Shown here: positions 8,534 to 17,212 of the stretch, piece by piece
Layout of the letters: every line of letters starts with the position of its first letter
Position numbering within the stretch: the first letter of the stretch is position 1
NCBI GenBank assembly: GCA_001002405.1
Contig: LCOA01000002.1
Location: 1-54,801 of the forward strand
DNA from: Candidatus Amesbacteria bacterium GW2011_GWA1_47_20
GTDB lineage: Bacteria > Patescibacteriota > Microgenomatia > CAZETR01 > Amesbacteraceae
Reading direction: 5' to 3'
Length of the DNA stretch: 54,801 nt
Translations under genes and position numbers: made by a program
Notes under the pieces: generated by a model
Database searches by the model: none
What the model saw: only the letters and a program-made list of their open reading frames with translations
Told to the model about the DNA's origin: nothing

Positions 8534-10001
8534 AAACAATAAAGGCCGGTTGACCATCGAGGAAATTAAATGTGGTTATCTCCCGGCCAGAAATTTTACT
8601 CTCGGGGCTGGTGACAACGAGCGTGTTTGGTTTAAACGTCAGTTGGCCAATTTCCCAATCGTTGACAAAAGTAAATTTATCCAGAGCGTTGACCCAGTAC
8701 CAGTTGGCGTGGTAATCCCATTGCTTGCGGAGTTGAAAATCGGCCGGGTTCCAGGGCCAGAAATAGGCCACAAATTCATGCGGTTCGCCATATTTTTTGG
8801 TAAAGATAATCTGATCGTAATCGGAATAGCGCTGTTTGATAAATTGAACTACTTTAGAGTAACCATATTGCCAAGACTGCGAATAGTTATTACGATAACT
8901 ATTCGCGGATACTAGATAGTAGATAGTAGATATTAGGAGACCCACGAAGAAAAGAGCCTTAACATTACGGCCGAAGCGGTCCAGACCATGAGCGATTAAG
9001 AGCATAGACAGAGGCAGCATAGGAATGGCCCGAAGGACATGAGGCGCATCTCGCGTCAAACTACCGGCAATCGGCGCAAGTAACAGCCATGCCCAGGAAA
9101 TTTTATTCAGCTTTAATAACCCTAGGTAAAAAAAGGGCAAACTGACCAAATAAAGCAGGCCGAAGTTTTGGATGCTGAACTGATAATGATCGCCGCCTTT
9201 GAGGAAGAGAAAGTTGGGAGAGAAGTAACTTAAGTAATTTTGACCGAAACGGTAGAGAAAATAAGTGGCCTTGTTGTACAGCAGCCGGCCCCCAGGACGG
9301 GATTGCAGTTGATCGATTTGGGCAATGGCACCGGAATCCAGGATGGTCAACCAGCTTAGTCTAGCTTGACCGGAAGGAGAGAGAAGTTGGATAACCATGG
9401 GGATAAATAAGAAAGCTGTTAGCAGATAGCTAATAGTCGTTAGCTTGGGACGATGGAGAAAAAGATAGGCGAGTAAAAACAACGGGCTGAAGACGCGGGC
9501 GGAATTGTAAGCCCAGACGGAAAGCCCCAGAAATAAGATGCCCAAATTTGTCTTGCGGACCAGCAAACAGCAAATGCCTATGGCAATAAATAATGCACCC
9601 ACATTGGCTTCCAGAGCAATACGGGATATCCACCAGGTCCAAGGGGAAATGGCGACCAAGACGGCTGAAGTGAGGCCAACGAAGGGAGAAGCCAGCCGCC
9701 AGCCCAAAAGATAGGTTATGATGATGAGTAACGTGCCGAAGACGATTGACGGCAGACGAACGAAAAAGGGAGAAATAGTGGCCAGGTAAACGTAGATGGG
9801 TAATTTGTAGTCTCCAAAGCTTCTGAAAATTGTGGGCAAGATCGTCCCCCACTCGTCCCGACCGGTCTGAAGAAGCGAATACGCGTTGTAACCCAAAGAA
9901 ACTTCGTCCCAATTGAGGCTGGGAGGAAGGAAGTTGCTGGCTACCAGCCGCAGAATCAGGCCGGCCGCCGCAATAAGTAAAAGCCACTTAACGTGAGACA
10001 T
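8523..10001 (-). CDS. GT39-like GT-C membrane glycosyltransferase, paralog 3
   Basis: SLNWDEVSLGYNAYSLLQTGRDEWGTILPTIFRSFGDYKLPIYVYL. ATG 10001. 46-nt overlap with the upstream gene end. Confidence 0.8.
   Translation of the reverse strand: MSHVKWLLLIAAAGLILRLVASNFLPPSLNWDEVSLGYNAYSLLQTGRDEWGTILPTIFRSFGDYKLPIYVYLATISPFFVRLPSIVFGTLLIIITYLLGWRLASPFVGLTSAVLVAISPWTWWISRIALEANVGALFIAIGICCLLVRKTNLGILFLGLSVWAYNSARVFSPLFLLAYLFLHRPKLTTISYLLTAFLFIPMVIQLLSPSGQARLSWLTILDSGAIAQIDQLQSRPGGRLLYNKATYFLYRFGQNYLSYFSPNFLFLKGGDHYQFSIQNFGLLYLVSLPFFYLGLLKLNKISWAWLLLAPIAGSLTRDAPHVLRAIPMLPLSMLLIAHGLDRFGRNVKALFFVGLLISTIYYLVSANSYRNNYSQSWQYGYSKVVQFIKQRYSDYDQIIFTKKYGEPHEFVAYFWPWNPADFQLRKQWDYHANWYWVNALDKFTFVNDWEIGQLTFKPNTLVVTSPESKISGREITTFNFLDGQPAFIVYEK
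8913..8936. repeat. Heptanucleotide tract (TAGATAG TAGATAG TAGATAT TAG) in paralog 3
   Basis: Read directly. Encodes LISTIYYLV. Confidence 0.85.
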
Positions 10002-11455
10002 GCCAAAGCCACCAGACTGGTAATGTTGCCGATGGTGCGGACGGGGGTATCGGTAAACTTCAGATTAATTTGGGTGGCTAGCGGCACGCGGGCAATGATT
10101 AGGCCCATGGGGCCGGAGGGAAACAGCTCGACTTCAGCTTTCCAGCCCGGAAAATAGACAATCGGATATTGAATTTTTCGGTAGGAGTCGGTAGTGAGAA
10201 GTACCTGTGGCCCGGTAGGCGCAAAAGACGTGGGTAACTCGGAGGCGGAACGCGGCCAAAAATCGTTTAGGGCAGAAGAGCGCTGTTCGTCCCAGAGCGG
10301 GCCGGAAAATTGCTCACGGTCTGTGATGCTGCGCCAGATGTCTGGCTTGAAAAAGCCAGCGTTAAGCAAGAGCAGAAGAGCAAGAGAGCAGGAGAGTATA
10401 AGTTTATGCGAAACCACTTTGACTATAGCACCGGAGGAGAGGGCCAGAAAGAAGGAGGCGGGGCCCAAAAAGCGCCAAGGAAACTGGACATAAGCCAAAG
10501 GAGGAAAAAGCTTCCAAATAAATTCCGACTTGCCGTGAGTGAGAAAAACGGCAAAGAAGCCAAAGAGGGTAAACACGAGGGACTTTTTGCGAAGAAGAAG
10601 AAATAAGGGAACGAGCCATTGCAGGTAGCCCACAGAAAAACTCATGGTGTCGTTGGGGCCCCAGACGGAGCCGCCGTAGCCCCAAAAGCGGGAAACAAAC
10701 AGCTGCTTGAGAGTGGTCCAATGCAATTGATATGAGTAATAGTCAGTGGTGGTGCGGTTTAAAGTGACCAGATGACTTTCGAAAATCACCGGGAGTAGAT
10801 AAAAAGCGCTTAATAGAAAAACTGCGGCCCCGGCACCCAACAGTTGAAAAACGGGGATGGGGAATTTTCTTAACGCCCAAAAACCTAGGAAAGGAGCGAT
10901 CATGAGAGCCGAGAGATTGTGGGTAATGACCAGAATAGTGGCCGCAATGATCAAACCCCATAGATCACGCAGGCGCCGTCGGTCTAAAAAATTATCCAGA
11001 AAAAGAAAGATGAAAGGAAAAAGAGCCAAAGCATACGCCTCATTGAGCGAGCCACGGACCCACACGTCTACCGCCCGGTAAGGGGCGTAGACATAAAACA
11101 TGGCTGCCACCAGACTCCCTGGGTTGCCCCAATACTTTTTGCCGAGCAAGTACATGCCCACTGCCGAAACTAGGAGCGTGAGAATGAAATTGGCTTTGAC
11201 GGAGTCGATAATTTGCAATCCAAAGATATGAAATGCCTGACCGATCCAGTAAGGAAACTGGCCGTAGAAGTTAAAGACCGGCTCGCCGTAGCCCATCCCG
11301 GCGTCCGGCGCCCAACGGCAAGGAAATGCCTGACACTTGCTAAATTCAAACTGACGGAAGACGTGGAAATCGTGCATCGTAAAAATGCCGGAGCGGAACA
11401 TGAGAGAAAATGAGGGGATTAAGAGGATTAAGCAGATTAAGAGAAATTTGTTCAT
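9956..11455 (-). CDS. PTPS-related/YfhO-like polytopic membrane protein (putative GT-C-like)
   Basis: N-terminus MHDFHVFRQFEFSKCQAFPCRWAPDAGMGYGEPVFNFYGQFPYW matches the signature I associate with PF10131-type membrane proteins. Paralog of 33530-35188. ATGA overlap at 11452-11455. Confidence 0.55.
   Translation of the reverse strand: MNKFLLICLILLIPSFSLMFRSGIFTMHDFHVFRQFEFSKCQAFPCRWAPDAGMGYGEPVFNFYGQFPYWIGQAFHIFGLQIIDSVKANFILTLLVSAVGMYLLGKKYWGNPGSLVAAMFYVYAPYRAVDVWVRGSLNEAYALALFPFIFLFLDNFLDRRRLRDLWGLIIAATILVITHNLSALMIAPFLGFWALRKFPIPVFQLLGAGAAVFLLSAFYLLPVIFESHLVTLNRTTTDYYSYQLHWTTLKQLFVSRFWGYGGSVWGPNDTMSFSVGYLQWLVPLFLLLRKKSLVFTLFGFFAVFLTHGKSEFIWKLFPPLAYVQFPWRFLGPASFFLALSSGAIVKVVSHKLILSCSLALLLLLNAGFFKPDIWRSITDREQFSGPLWDEQRSSALNDFWPRSASELPTSFAPTGPQVLLTTDSYRKIQYPIVYFPGWKAEVELFPSGPMGLIIARVPLATQINLKFTDTPVRTIGNITSLVALACLTLSGFYLLRRPA
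11417..11443. repeat. In-frame 9-nt tract (GATTAAGAG GATTAAGCA GATTAAGAG)
   Basis: Encodes LLI-CLI-LLI in the N-terminal TM segment of 9956-11455. Confidence 0.8.
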
Positions 11456-12993
11456 GGGAGTTTTTGGGCGACTTTGATGGCCGGCCGGGAAGAGGGGTAA
11501 TCGATGTGGAAATATTCAGGGAAATCGGGAGAGAAATCTTCGGGTTTACCGATGTACAAGGTGGGGATTGAAACAGAATCTTGGGGGTAAATTACTCCAA
11601 ATCGATATTTACCCAGATAATAGCCGTCAAACTGATCCAGGAATTTAACATTCCGGGGCCAGTTCTGGGAAGCTTTCTGGTACTCTTGTGGGTCGAACTT
11701 GGTATAAAAAGCCACAAAGATATGGGGTTCGGAAAGCGAGCGGCTGAAGCGGACGTCCGAAAACCTGTCCGAAAAAGCCTGCAATCGGGGCATGAGCTCG
11801 CGCCAACCGTAAGACATAGAAGGAGCAATGACATACGGCGAATGATAAAAGTAATCTTCGGCAAAAAATACAAAACTGATAACGTAGGCCCCGAACACCA
11901 GGACCAACCAGCGCCGGGGAAGATGAGTTATGGCGGTAGCCAGAAGAATGATGAGCCAGGGAAGCATGATGACCGCCCGGTTGGCAGCGGCTCCCGGGCC
12001 TTTGGCCAAAGCTGCGGGAAGAGGAGCCAATAGAAGAAGGGCTATGAGAAGCGGGGAAATTTTGGGGCGCCGAATAATTAAATAAGCAAGGAGCGGCAGT
12101 TCAATTAAATAAAGCACTCCCCTGCCCGGCGACATGCCGTAAAAAGGTTCACCAGCACCGGAAGTGAATAGGAAATTGGGGGAAAAATAAGAAATGTAGT
12201 TTTGAGCTAGGATCGAAAAAGAATAAACTAATTTATTAGAAAACACGCGGGCGAATACGTCCGGTAAACCCTGGGCCCGGGCTTCGAAACGGCGAGTGGC
12301 TACCCCTAGCCAATTGTCGGTGGGGCTAAAAATGCTGACGTCGGCCACCCGAGCGGAAACCAAGCCTATGAGCGAAACTACTAGAGGAATAATTAATACA
12401 GGCTTGAATTTGTCCCGGAAATAAACGAACAGAACCACAAGAATCAACGGCAGGATTAACCTGGCTGAGTGATACGAGTAAGCGGCGGCGGTCAGAAACA
12501 GCGCGGAAAGCATGGGATGACTGTCGAGAAAAAAATACAGGCCCAGAGGTAAAAGAAAAGTGGCCAGATTGGCTTCGAATGCCCCGCGAGACATTTGAAT
12601 ATGCCAGGGGTTGATGGCCATCAGCAACGCCGCCAGTTGACCAGTTTGCCAGTTAATCAGTTTTTTGGCCAGAAGATACACAGCCGCGATGGCCAGAATG
12701 CCGAAGATGGCATTAGGCAAGCGGACAGCAAATTCCGTCAGACCGAGAATTTTGACCGATGGGATGGCGAGGAAAGCATACAGAGGCAGTTTGTAATCTC
12801 CAAACGAGCGCAGGTTGGTGAAAAACAGCTGCCACCAGGGGGTGCCCCACTCGTCCCGGCCAGTCTGAAGCAGTGAGTAGGCGTTGTAGCCGAAAGCCGC
12901 TTCATCAGGTGTGAATCCGGCAGGCAAGCGAGCTAGCCAAAGCAAACGGGCAAGTGATCCGATAACCAGGGCCACAATCAGTAAATGGCGCAT
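11452..12993 (-). CDS. GT39-like GT-C membrane glycosyltransferase, paralog 4 (operon head)
   Basis: GFTPDEAAFGYNAYSLLQTGRDEWGTPWWQLFFTNLRSFGDYKLPLYAFL. First gene of the long minus-strand operon; a -10 box lies 8 nt upstream of the ATG. Confidence 0.8.
   Translation of the reverse strand: MRHLLIVALVIGSLARLLWLARLPAGFTPDEAAFGYNAYSLLQTGRDEWGTPWWQLFFTNLRSFGDYKLPLYAFLAIPSVKILGLTEFAVRLPNAIFGILAIAAVYLLAKKLINWQTGQLAALLMAINPWHIQMSRGAFEANLATFLLPLGLYFFLDSHPMLSALFLTAAAYSYHSARLILPLILVVLFVYFRDKFKPVLIIPLVVSLIGLVSARVADVSIFSPTDNWLGVATRRFEARAQGLPDVFARVFSNKLVYSFSILAQNYISYFSPNFLFTSGAGEPFYGMSPGRGVLYLIELPLLAYLIIRRPKISPLLIALLLLAPLPAALAKGPGAAANRAVIMLPWLIILLATAITHLPRRWLVLVFGAYVISFVFFAEDYFYHSPYVIAPSMSYGWRELMPRLQAFSDRFSDVRFSRSLSEPHIFVAFYTKFDPQEYQKASQNWPRNVKFLDQFDGYYLGKYRFGVIYPQDSVSIPTLYIGKPEDFSPDFPEYFHIDYPSSRPAIKVAQKLP
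12633..12664. repeat. Octanucleotide tract (CCAGTTGA CCAGTTTG CCAGTTAA TCAGTTTT) in paralog 4
   Basis: Same tract and same protein position as 6626-6657. Confidence 0.85.
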
Positions 12994-12998
12994 GCAGC

Positions 12999-13031
12999 TT
13001 GATTATACGGGGGTGGCCAGCGTAATATCAA
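12999..13031. promoter_or_regulatory. Compact bidirectional promoter, each -35 overlapping the other strand's -10
   Basis: Plus strand: TTGATT (12999-13004), N18, TAATAT (13023-13028), N6, ATG 13035. Minus strand: TTGATA (13031-13026), N18, TATAAT (13007-13002), N8, ATG 12993. No SD on either side. Confidence 0.5.
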
Positions 13032-13034
13032 TTG

Positions 13035-14255
13035 ATGTGGCCGGGGATTGTAGCGGCGGGAGTGCTGGTAGTTAAGTTAGGATTGATGTTGGGGAAACCA
13101 TTGGGAGTAAGCGTGGCAATGGCTGAGACTTTTGGAAATTTGGGGTGGGGTGAGATGCAAATCAGAGTGTGGGGGTGGCTGGTGCAGGTGGTGATTGTGA
13201 TATTACTGGCCAAAAAAACTAGATCCGGATGGGTGGCGTTAATCGCCGCGGCTAATCCTTGGCTGAACACTATTTCTATGTGGCACGTATGGGAAACGAC
13301 AGCGCTGGCCGGCGCAGTCGGAGTGTGGGCGGCTAAGCACACGTGGCAAAAAGCGATAGGTGCAGTGGTTGTCGTATTGGCCTTGGCGGCCACTTGGACA
13401 AATTTAAGCAAAATTTCATCCGACAATTTAGCGGCCAAATTAAATTGGAATTTTTTGGGTCAGCAGGTAGACGAAATCCAGAAAATCAATTTCCAAGCCA
13501 CTCAAAAAAACTATATGCTTCCGGCAATTGTGCGCAAGATCTTATATAACAAGCCAGGATTGGCCTTAAATACGATTGTTCAAAGAAGCGTAGCGCTGAT
13601 GGATTTTGAGCAATGGACAGCACCACAGGCGGCCTGGACAGCGACCGGATTAAGCGGCCTACCGCCCAAAGGGTTGCTGCCCTTAATTTACTATTGGGAT
13701 ATCCCCTTGTTGATTTTTACGATCGTAATTTTTGACAAGAAGAGGGTGAAGTGGTGGCTAGTCGGTGGGTGGCTGGGGGGCATTTTTTTGGACAAGAAGT
13801 TTTTTACAGTTGGAGGAGTGTTGTTTATCCCGGCAATTGTGGTGCTGGTAGCCGAAGCCGTGAAACGTTTGGATAAGCGTTTGGTATTGGTACTATATCT
13901 AGCGGGCACAGGGTTTTTCTTTAAAGAAATGTTCTTCAATCAATTGAAGTGGCAATATTCGGACGTATATCTGTACCGACAGACGGCCATGTGGTTAAAA
14001 AACAACTTAGCGGCTGACGCGCGGGCGGCAGTGACAAACAAATTTGGGCCGATGGACGTGATGCTGAAATTTTACAAAGTGCTGCCGAATTCCAATATCG
14101 AAGTGGGTGAATTTACTCCCAGCCCCGGAAAAGTCTATATTGGATTGCCCAAAGAAATGCGGGGTATTCCGGAAGACAAAATCGTCACAAGAATTGAAGC
14201 GGATGACGAGCTGGTTTATGGATACGGAAAGGGCTTATGGATCGCAAAGTACTAA
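13035..14255 (+). CDS. N-terminally truncated GT39-like paralog lacking the catalytic first loop
   Basis: Aligns to the paralogs from the AANPW..W(E) region onward (ALIAAANPWLNTISMWHVWETTALAGAVGVW vs ALLLAISPWHLHFSRGGWEVNVATTLMLIGVW; LYNKPGLALNTIV vs LHNRPVLYTIQFL). It has no WDE...GRDE...SFGDYKP segment. ATG 13035 lies 6 nt after a TAATAT box. Confidence 0.6.
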   Translation: MWPGIVAAGVLVVKLGLMLGKPLGVSVAMAETFGNLGWGEMQIRVWGWLVQVVIVILLAKKTRSGWVALIAAANPWLNTISMWHVWETTALAGAVGVWAAKHTWQKAIGAVVVVLALAATWTNLSKISSDNLAAKLNWNFLGQQVDEIQKINFQATQKNYMLPAIVRKILYNKPGLALNTIVQRSVALMDFEQWTAPQAAWTATGLSGLPPKGLLPLIYYWDIPLLIFTIVIFDKKRVKWWLVGGWLGGIFLDKKFFTVGGVLFIPAIVVLVAEAVKRLDKRLVLVLYLAGTGFFFKEMFFNQLKWQYSDVYLYRQTAMWLKNNLAADARAAVTNKFGPMDVMLKFYKVLPNSNIEVGEFTPSPGKVYIGLPKEMRGIPEDKIVTRIEADDELVYGYGKGLWIAKY

Positions 14256-15628
14256 TCATTACTATTTTGGTAGTGGGAGCAGCGCTGCGGCTGGCTTGGC
14301 TGGATAAATCACCGGGGTCGGTAAATTGGGACGAGGCGGCCTTGGGCTACAACGCGTATTCTTTGTGGAAAACGGGGGCGGACGAATACGGAACAAAATG
14401 GCCGCTGGCTTTGCGATCGTTTGATGACTACAAACCCCCGCTGTATGCCTATTTAACGGCACCTGTCGTAGGAATATTTGGACTCAACGAAATAACCACC
14501 CGGCTGATATCTGCCCTGGCCGGGGTAGCCAGTGTTGGATTAGTGTATGTGATAGCCAAAAAACTGGTGGGGGAAAAAGAGGGATTGGTAGCGGCAGGGT
14601 TAATGGCAATTGAGCCCTGGGCGATTTTTTACTCCCGGGGGGCATGGGAAGCAAACTTGTCTCTGGCCGTATTTTTGACCAGCGTGTGGCTGATATTGAC
14701 CCGGCGAAATCTGGCCGGAATGATAATAGCCGGGATAAATGTTTTTTCTTATCATTCAGCCAAAATTTATTTGTGGCCGCTTTTAGTTTGGGGCCGGAAA
14801 AAGATGGGGGTGGTAATAGCAGTGGCGTTATTCACCATTGCCATGAGCAGTGGAGGATGGGCCAGGTGGACGTCCGCCGGAGGGAACTGGTGGGAGGCGG
14901 GCCAGAAATATTTCTCGTATTTTTCCCCGGCTAATCTGTTTGTGCGGGGTACGCCAGAACTTAACCAGCGGGTGGACGGGTTTGGCCTATATTATGGATG
15001 GGAGATATTTGCCTGGGCTATCGGGCTAGTGTGGCTGGTTAGGAATTGGCGGGAGAATAAAATTTTGGCTATGTGGCTAATCCTGGCTCCCCTACCGGCA
15101 ATCATTACCAGGAGCTGGTTTAACCCGGTGCGGGTGCTGCCATTGTGGGTTGCTCATACCATACTAGTTGCCATCGGCCTGCGGCGACTGACTGGCTGGC
15201 TGAAGATAATTATTGTCCCCTGGGCCGTAATTAACCTGGCGTGGTTTGGGTTGGCAGTCTTGTGGCAAATGCCGTACAGCCGTTACGGCGACTGGCAATG
15301 GGGGTTTAAAGAAGTGGTGCAGATTATTTCACCGGTATTGGACAAATATGATCAGGTGGTGTGGGAAACCGGACAGGCTCAACCATACATCTTCGCTTTG
15401 TTCTACCTGAAATATCCGCCGGAAGAATATCAGAAGGCACCGCGCCAGGGTTATGACTTCGGTAAATTTGTATTCCGGAAAATTTATTGGCCGGACGATA
15501 GAAATTTGAAAAATACTTTGTTTATTGGAGGAGTGTATAGCTTGCCGGAAGAGGGGGCTATCGGGAGAACCTGGGATCCGCAAGGATACGAATCAGCCCG
15601 TATACAAGCAACCCCCACACAACCATAA
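14237..15628 (+). CDS. GT39-like GT-C membrane glycosyltransferase, paralog 5
   Basis: SVNWDEAALGYNAYSLWKTGADEYGTKWPLALRSFDDYKPPLYAYL. 19-nt overlap with the preceding truncated paralog. Confidence 0.8.
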   Translation: MDRKVLIITILVVGAALRLAWLDKSPGSVNWDEAALGYNAYSLWKTGADEYGTKWPLALRSFDDYKPPLYAYLTAPVVGIFGLNEITTRLISALAGVASVGLVYVIAKKLVGEKEGLVAAGLMAIEPWAIFYSRGAWEANLSLAVFLTSVWLILTRRNLAGMIIAGINVFSYHSAKIYLWPLLVWGRKKMGVVIAVALFTIAMSSGGWARWTSAGGNWWEAGQKYFSYFSPANLFVRGTPELNQRVDGFGLYYGWEIFAWAIGLVWLVRNWRENKILAMWLILAPLPAIITRSWFNPVRVLPLWVAHTILVAIGLRRLTGWLKIIIVPWAVINLAWFGLAVLWQMPYSRYGDWQWGFKEVVQIISPVLDKYDQVVWETGQAQPYIFALFYLKYPPEEYQKAPRQGYDFGKFVFRKIYWPDDRNLKNTLFIGGVYSLPEEGAIGRTWDPQGYESARIQATPTQP

Positions 15629-16085
15629 ACAGAGGATCGCGAGTGAGGGGGGCGAGATTGAGAGACAAGCCGGAAGTACGATAGTAAGCCCGAAAGCCAT
15701 TTTCAATTTTGACGGATGGCGAGGAGGATGTGGTGGTTAGAGTCAGGGGTTGATTGACGGAGTCGGAAATGGGAGCAAACTGCAGACGGATATCGGAAGG
15801 GTCGCCGATGTTACGACCGGAAAAATTTACTTGGCGCAAGACCTGGCCGGTTGCGGTGCTGATGGTAAATACAAAACCGGACGTATCGGATAAGTCCGGA
15901 TTCTTCATACGCAGGAGAATAATGTTTAAGCCGGAGTGAGTGGGAGTAAAAGTAAATGGCCGGGTTTCAGCCAGCGGCAAATAAGCACTGCCGGGAACTT
16001 CTGTGTCCAGCCGGTTGCGGCTGGCAAGCGAAGCCAGCAATGAACTTACGAGGACGATGAACGGTCCGAGAAGAATAAGGCGCAT
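15558..16085 (-). CDS. Hypothetical membrane-anchored protein with Ser/Thr-rich beta-type ectodomain
   Basis: 175-aa ORF with N- and C-terminal hydrophobic segments. I recognise no family. Its 3' end overlaps the convergent gene by 71 nt. Confidence 0.4.
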   Translation of the reverse strand: MRLILLGPFIVLVSSLLASLASRNRLDTEVPGSAYLPLAETRPFTFTPTHSGLNIILLRMKNPDLSDTSGFVFTISTATGQVLRQVNFSGRNIGDPSDIRLQFAPISDSVNQPLTLTTTSSSPSVKIENGFRAYYRTSGLSLNLAPLTRDPLFMVVWGLLVYGLIRILADPRFSR

Positions 16086-17212
16086 AGGCTAATCCACAGG
16101 CTGACTCCTACTAGAACGGAGTGGAACAGGCTTTGCAAAAGAGGATTGACGAAAGGCGGTAGAAAAAGAATTTGAGGATTAAGGGGACTAATTAGTCCCC
16201 AGGTGAGAAATTTGTCGGGAAAAAGAAGAATGGTACCCATGGCGGAGGTAAAAAAAACCGCCAGAGATAACCATTCAAAGCGCAAGATAATAAACGGCAG
16301 GGACCACAGCAGCCATTGGGGGTGGAAATGGGACAATACTACCGGCAGTAGAGATGCGGCCAGAAAATAACTGGGTAAGCGGTGAATTTGGCCGCGGTGC
16401 AAAACACCCGCAACCAGAAACAGCATGGTCATAATCACCGGCACCAAATATAAATTCTCGGCGTAGCCTAATGGCAGCGCCAACTGCAGCACCCTTTGGG
16501 TCAGACCGGAAGTCAACGTATCGGAGTAAAAGGCCGGGGTGGCGAGAAACGGGGCCACAAATAGCAGATACGGCGCAATGCCCGCGGCAAATATTAGGGC
16601 GGAGCGCTTGAGACTGGTGGTAGATAAGAGGGCCAGAAACGGCAAAAACAGCAAGGGGTAGGTTTTGAAGGCGGCTGCCAGTCCCAAAAGAAGAGCTGCT
16701 AAAAACGGTTTGGGCTTAGCTATTACCAGCGCCAGGACGGTAAGCATCACCGGAAGAATATCGATTTGGCCCATGAAGCCGACGGCGTAAATAGTAAGGG
16801 GATTGAAAAACCAGATCCAGGGAATTTCCTTGCGCGAAGAGATTTTGGACAGCGTCCAACCCGTGGCCAGCAGAGCTAGAATGAGAGGTGTTTTGATCAG
16901 AAACAGGTACCGGAAAATACCGGCTACATCCACGGCGTCGTTGCCCATAGCCAACCAGGAAGCAAAACCCGGACCGGCCAAAAAATTAATAACGGGGTAC
17001 AGCAAACCCAGAACAAAATAGGCCAAGGGCGGATAAACAAATGAGCCGGCAGGAATGGGGTGAGCAGCCGTATAGCTATAGATATTAAATACGCCTTGGG
17101 AGAGAAACCCCGCCAGAGAATAAATTATTTTGATATCCGGATGGAAGAAAAAGGGGGCGATGAAAAAATAAAAGACAGCCGCAACCAGAAGGGGGCGTTT
17201 AACGTTTCGCAT
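16046..17212 (-). CDS. Polytopic GT-C-like membrane protein (DUF2029/Gpi18-related type)
   Basis: Many TM segments, YPPLAYFVLGLL and AAAFKTYPLLFLPFL motifs. Paralog of 25625-26830. ATG 17212 (MRNVKRPLL) preferred over the track start 17248. Confidence 0.45.
   Translation of the reverse strand: MRNVKRPLLVAAVFYFFIAPFFFHPDIKIIYSLAGFLSQGVFNIYSYTAAHPIPAGSFVYPPLAYFVLGLLYPVINFLAGPGFASWLAMGNDAVDVAGIFRYLFLIKTPLILALLATGWTLSKISSRKEIPWIWFFNPLTIYAVGFMGQIDILPVMLTVLALVIAKPKPFLAALLLGLAAAFKTYPLLFLPFLALLSTTSLKRSALIFAAGIAPYLLFVAPFLATPAFYSDTLTSGLTQRVLQLALPLGYAENLYLVPVIMTMLFLVAGVLHRGQIHRLPSYFLAASLLPVVLSHFHPQWLLWSLPFIILRFEWLSLAVFFTSAMGTILLFPDKFLTWGLISPLNPQILFLPPFVNPLLQSLFHSVLVGVSLWISLCALFFSDRSSSS

Noticed and set aside
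12994-15628. The plus-strand two-gene module (13035-15628) as an invertible DNA segment flanked by inverted repeats.
   Set aside because: The only inverted symmetry at the left end is explained by the two overlapping promoters. I found no matching inverted repeat at the right end (15558-15630) and no recombinase gene.
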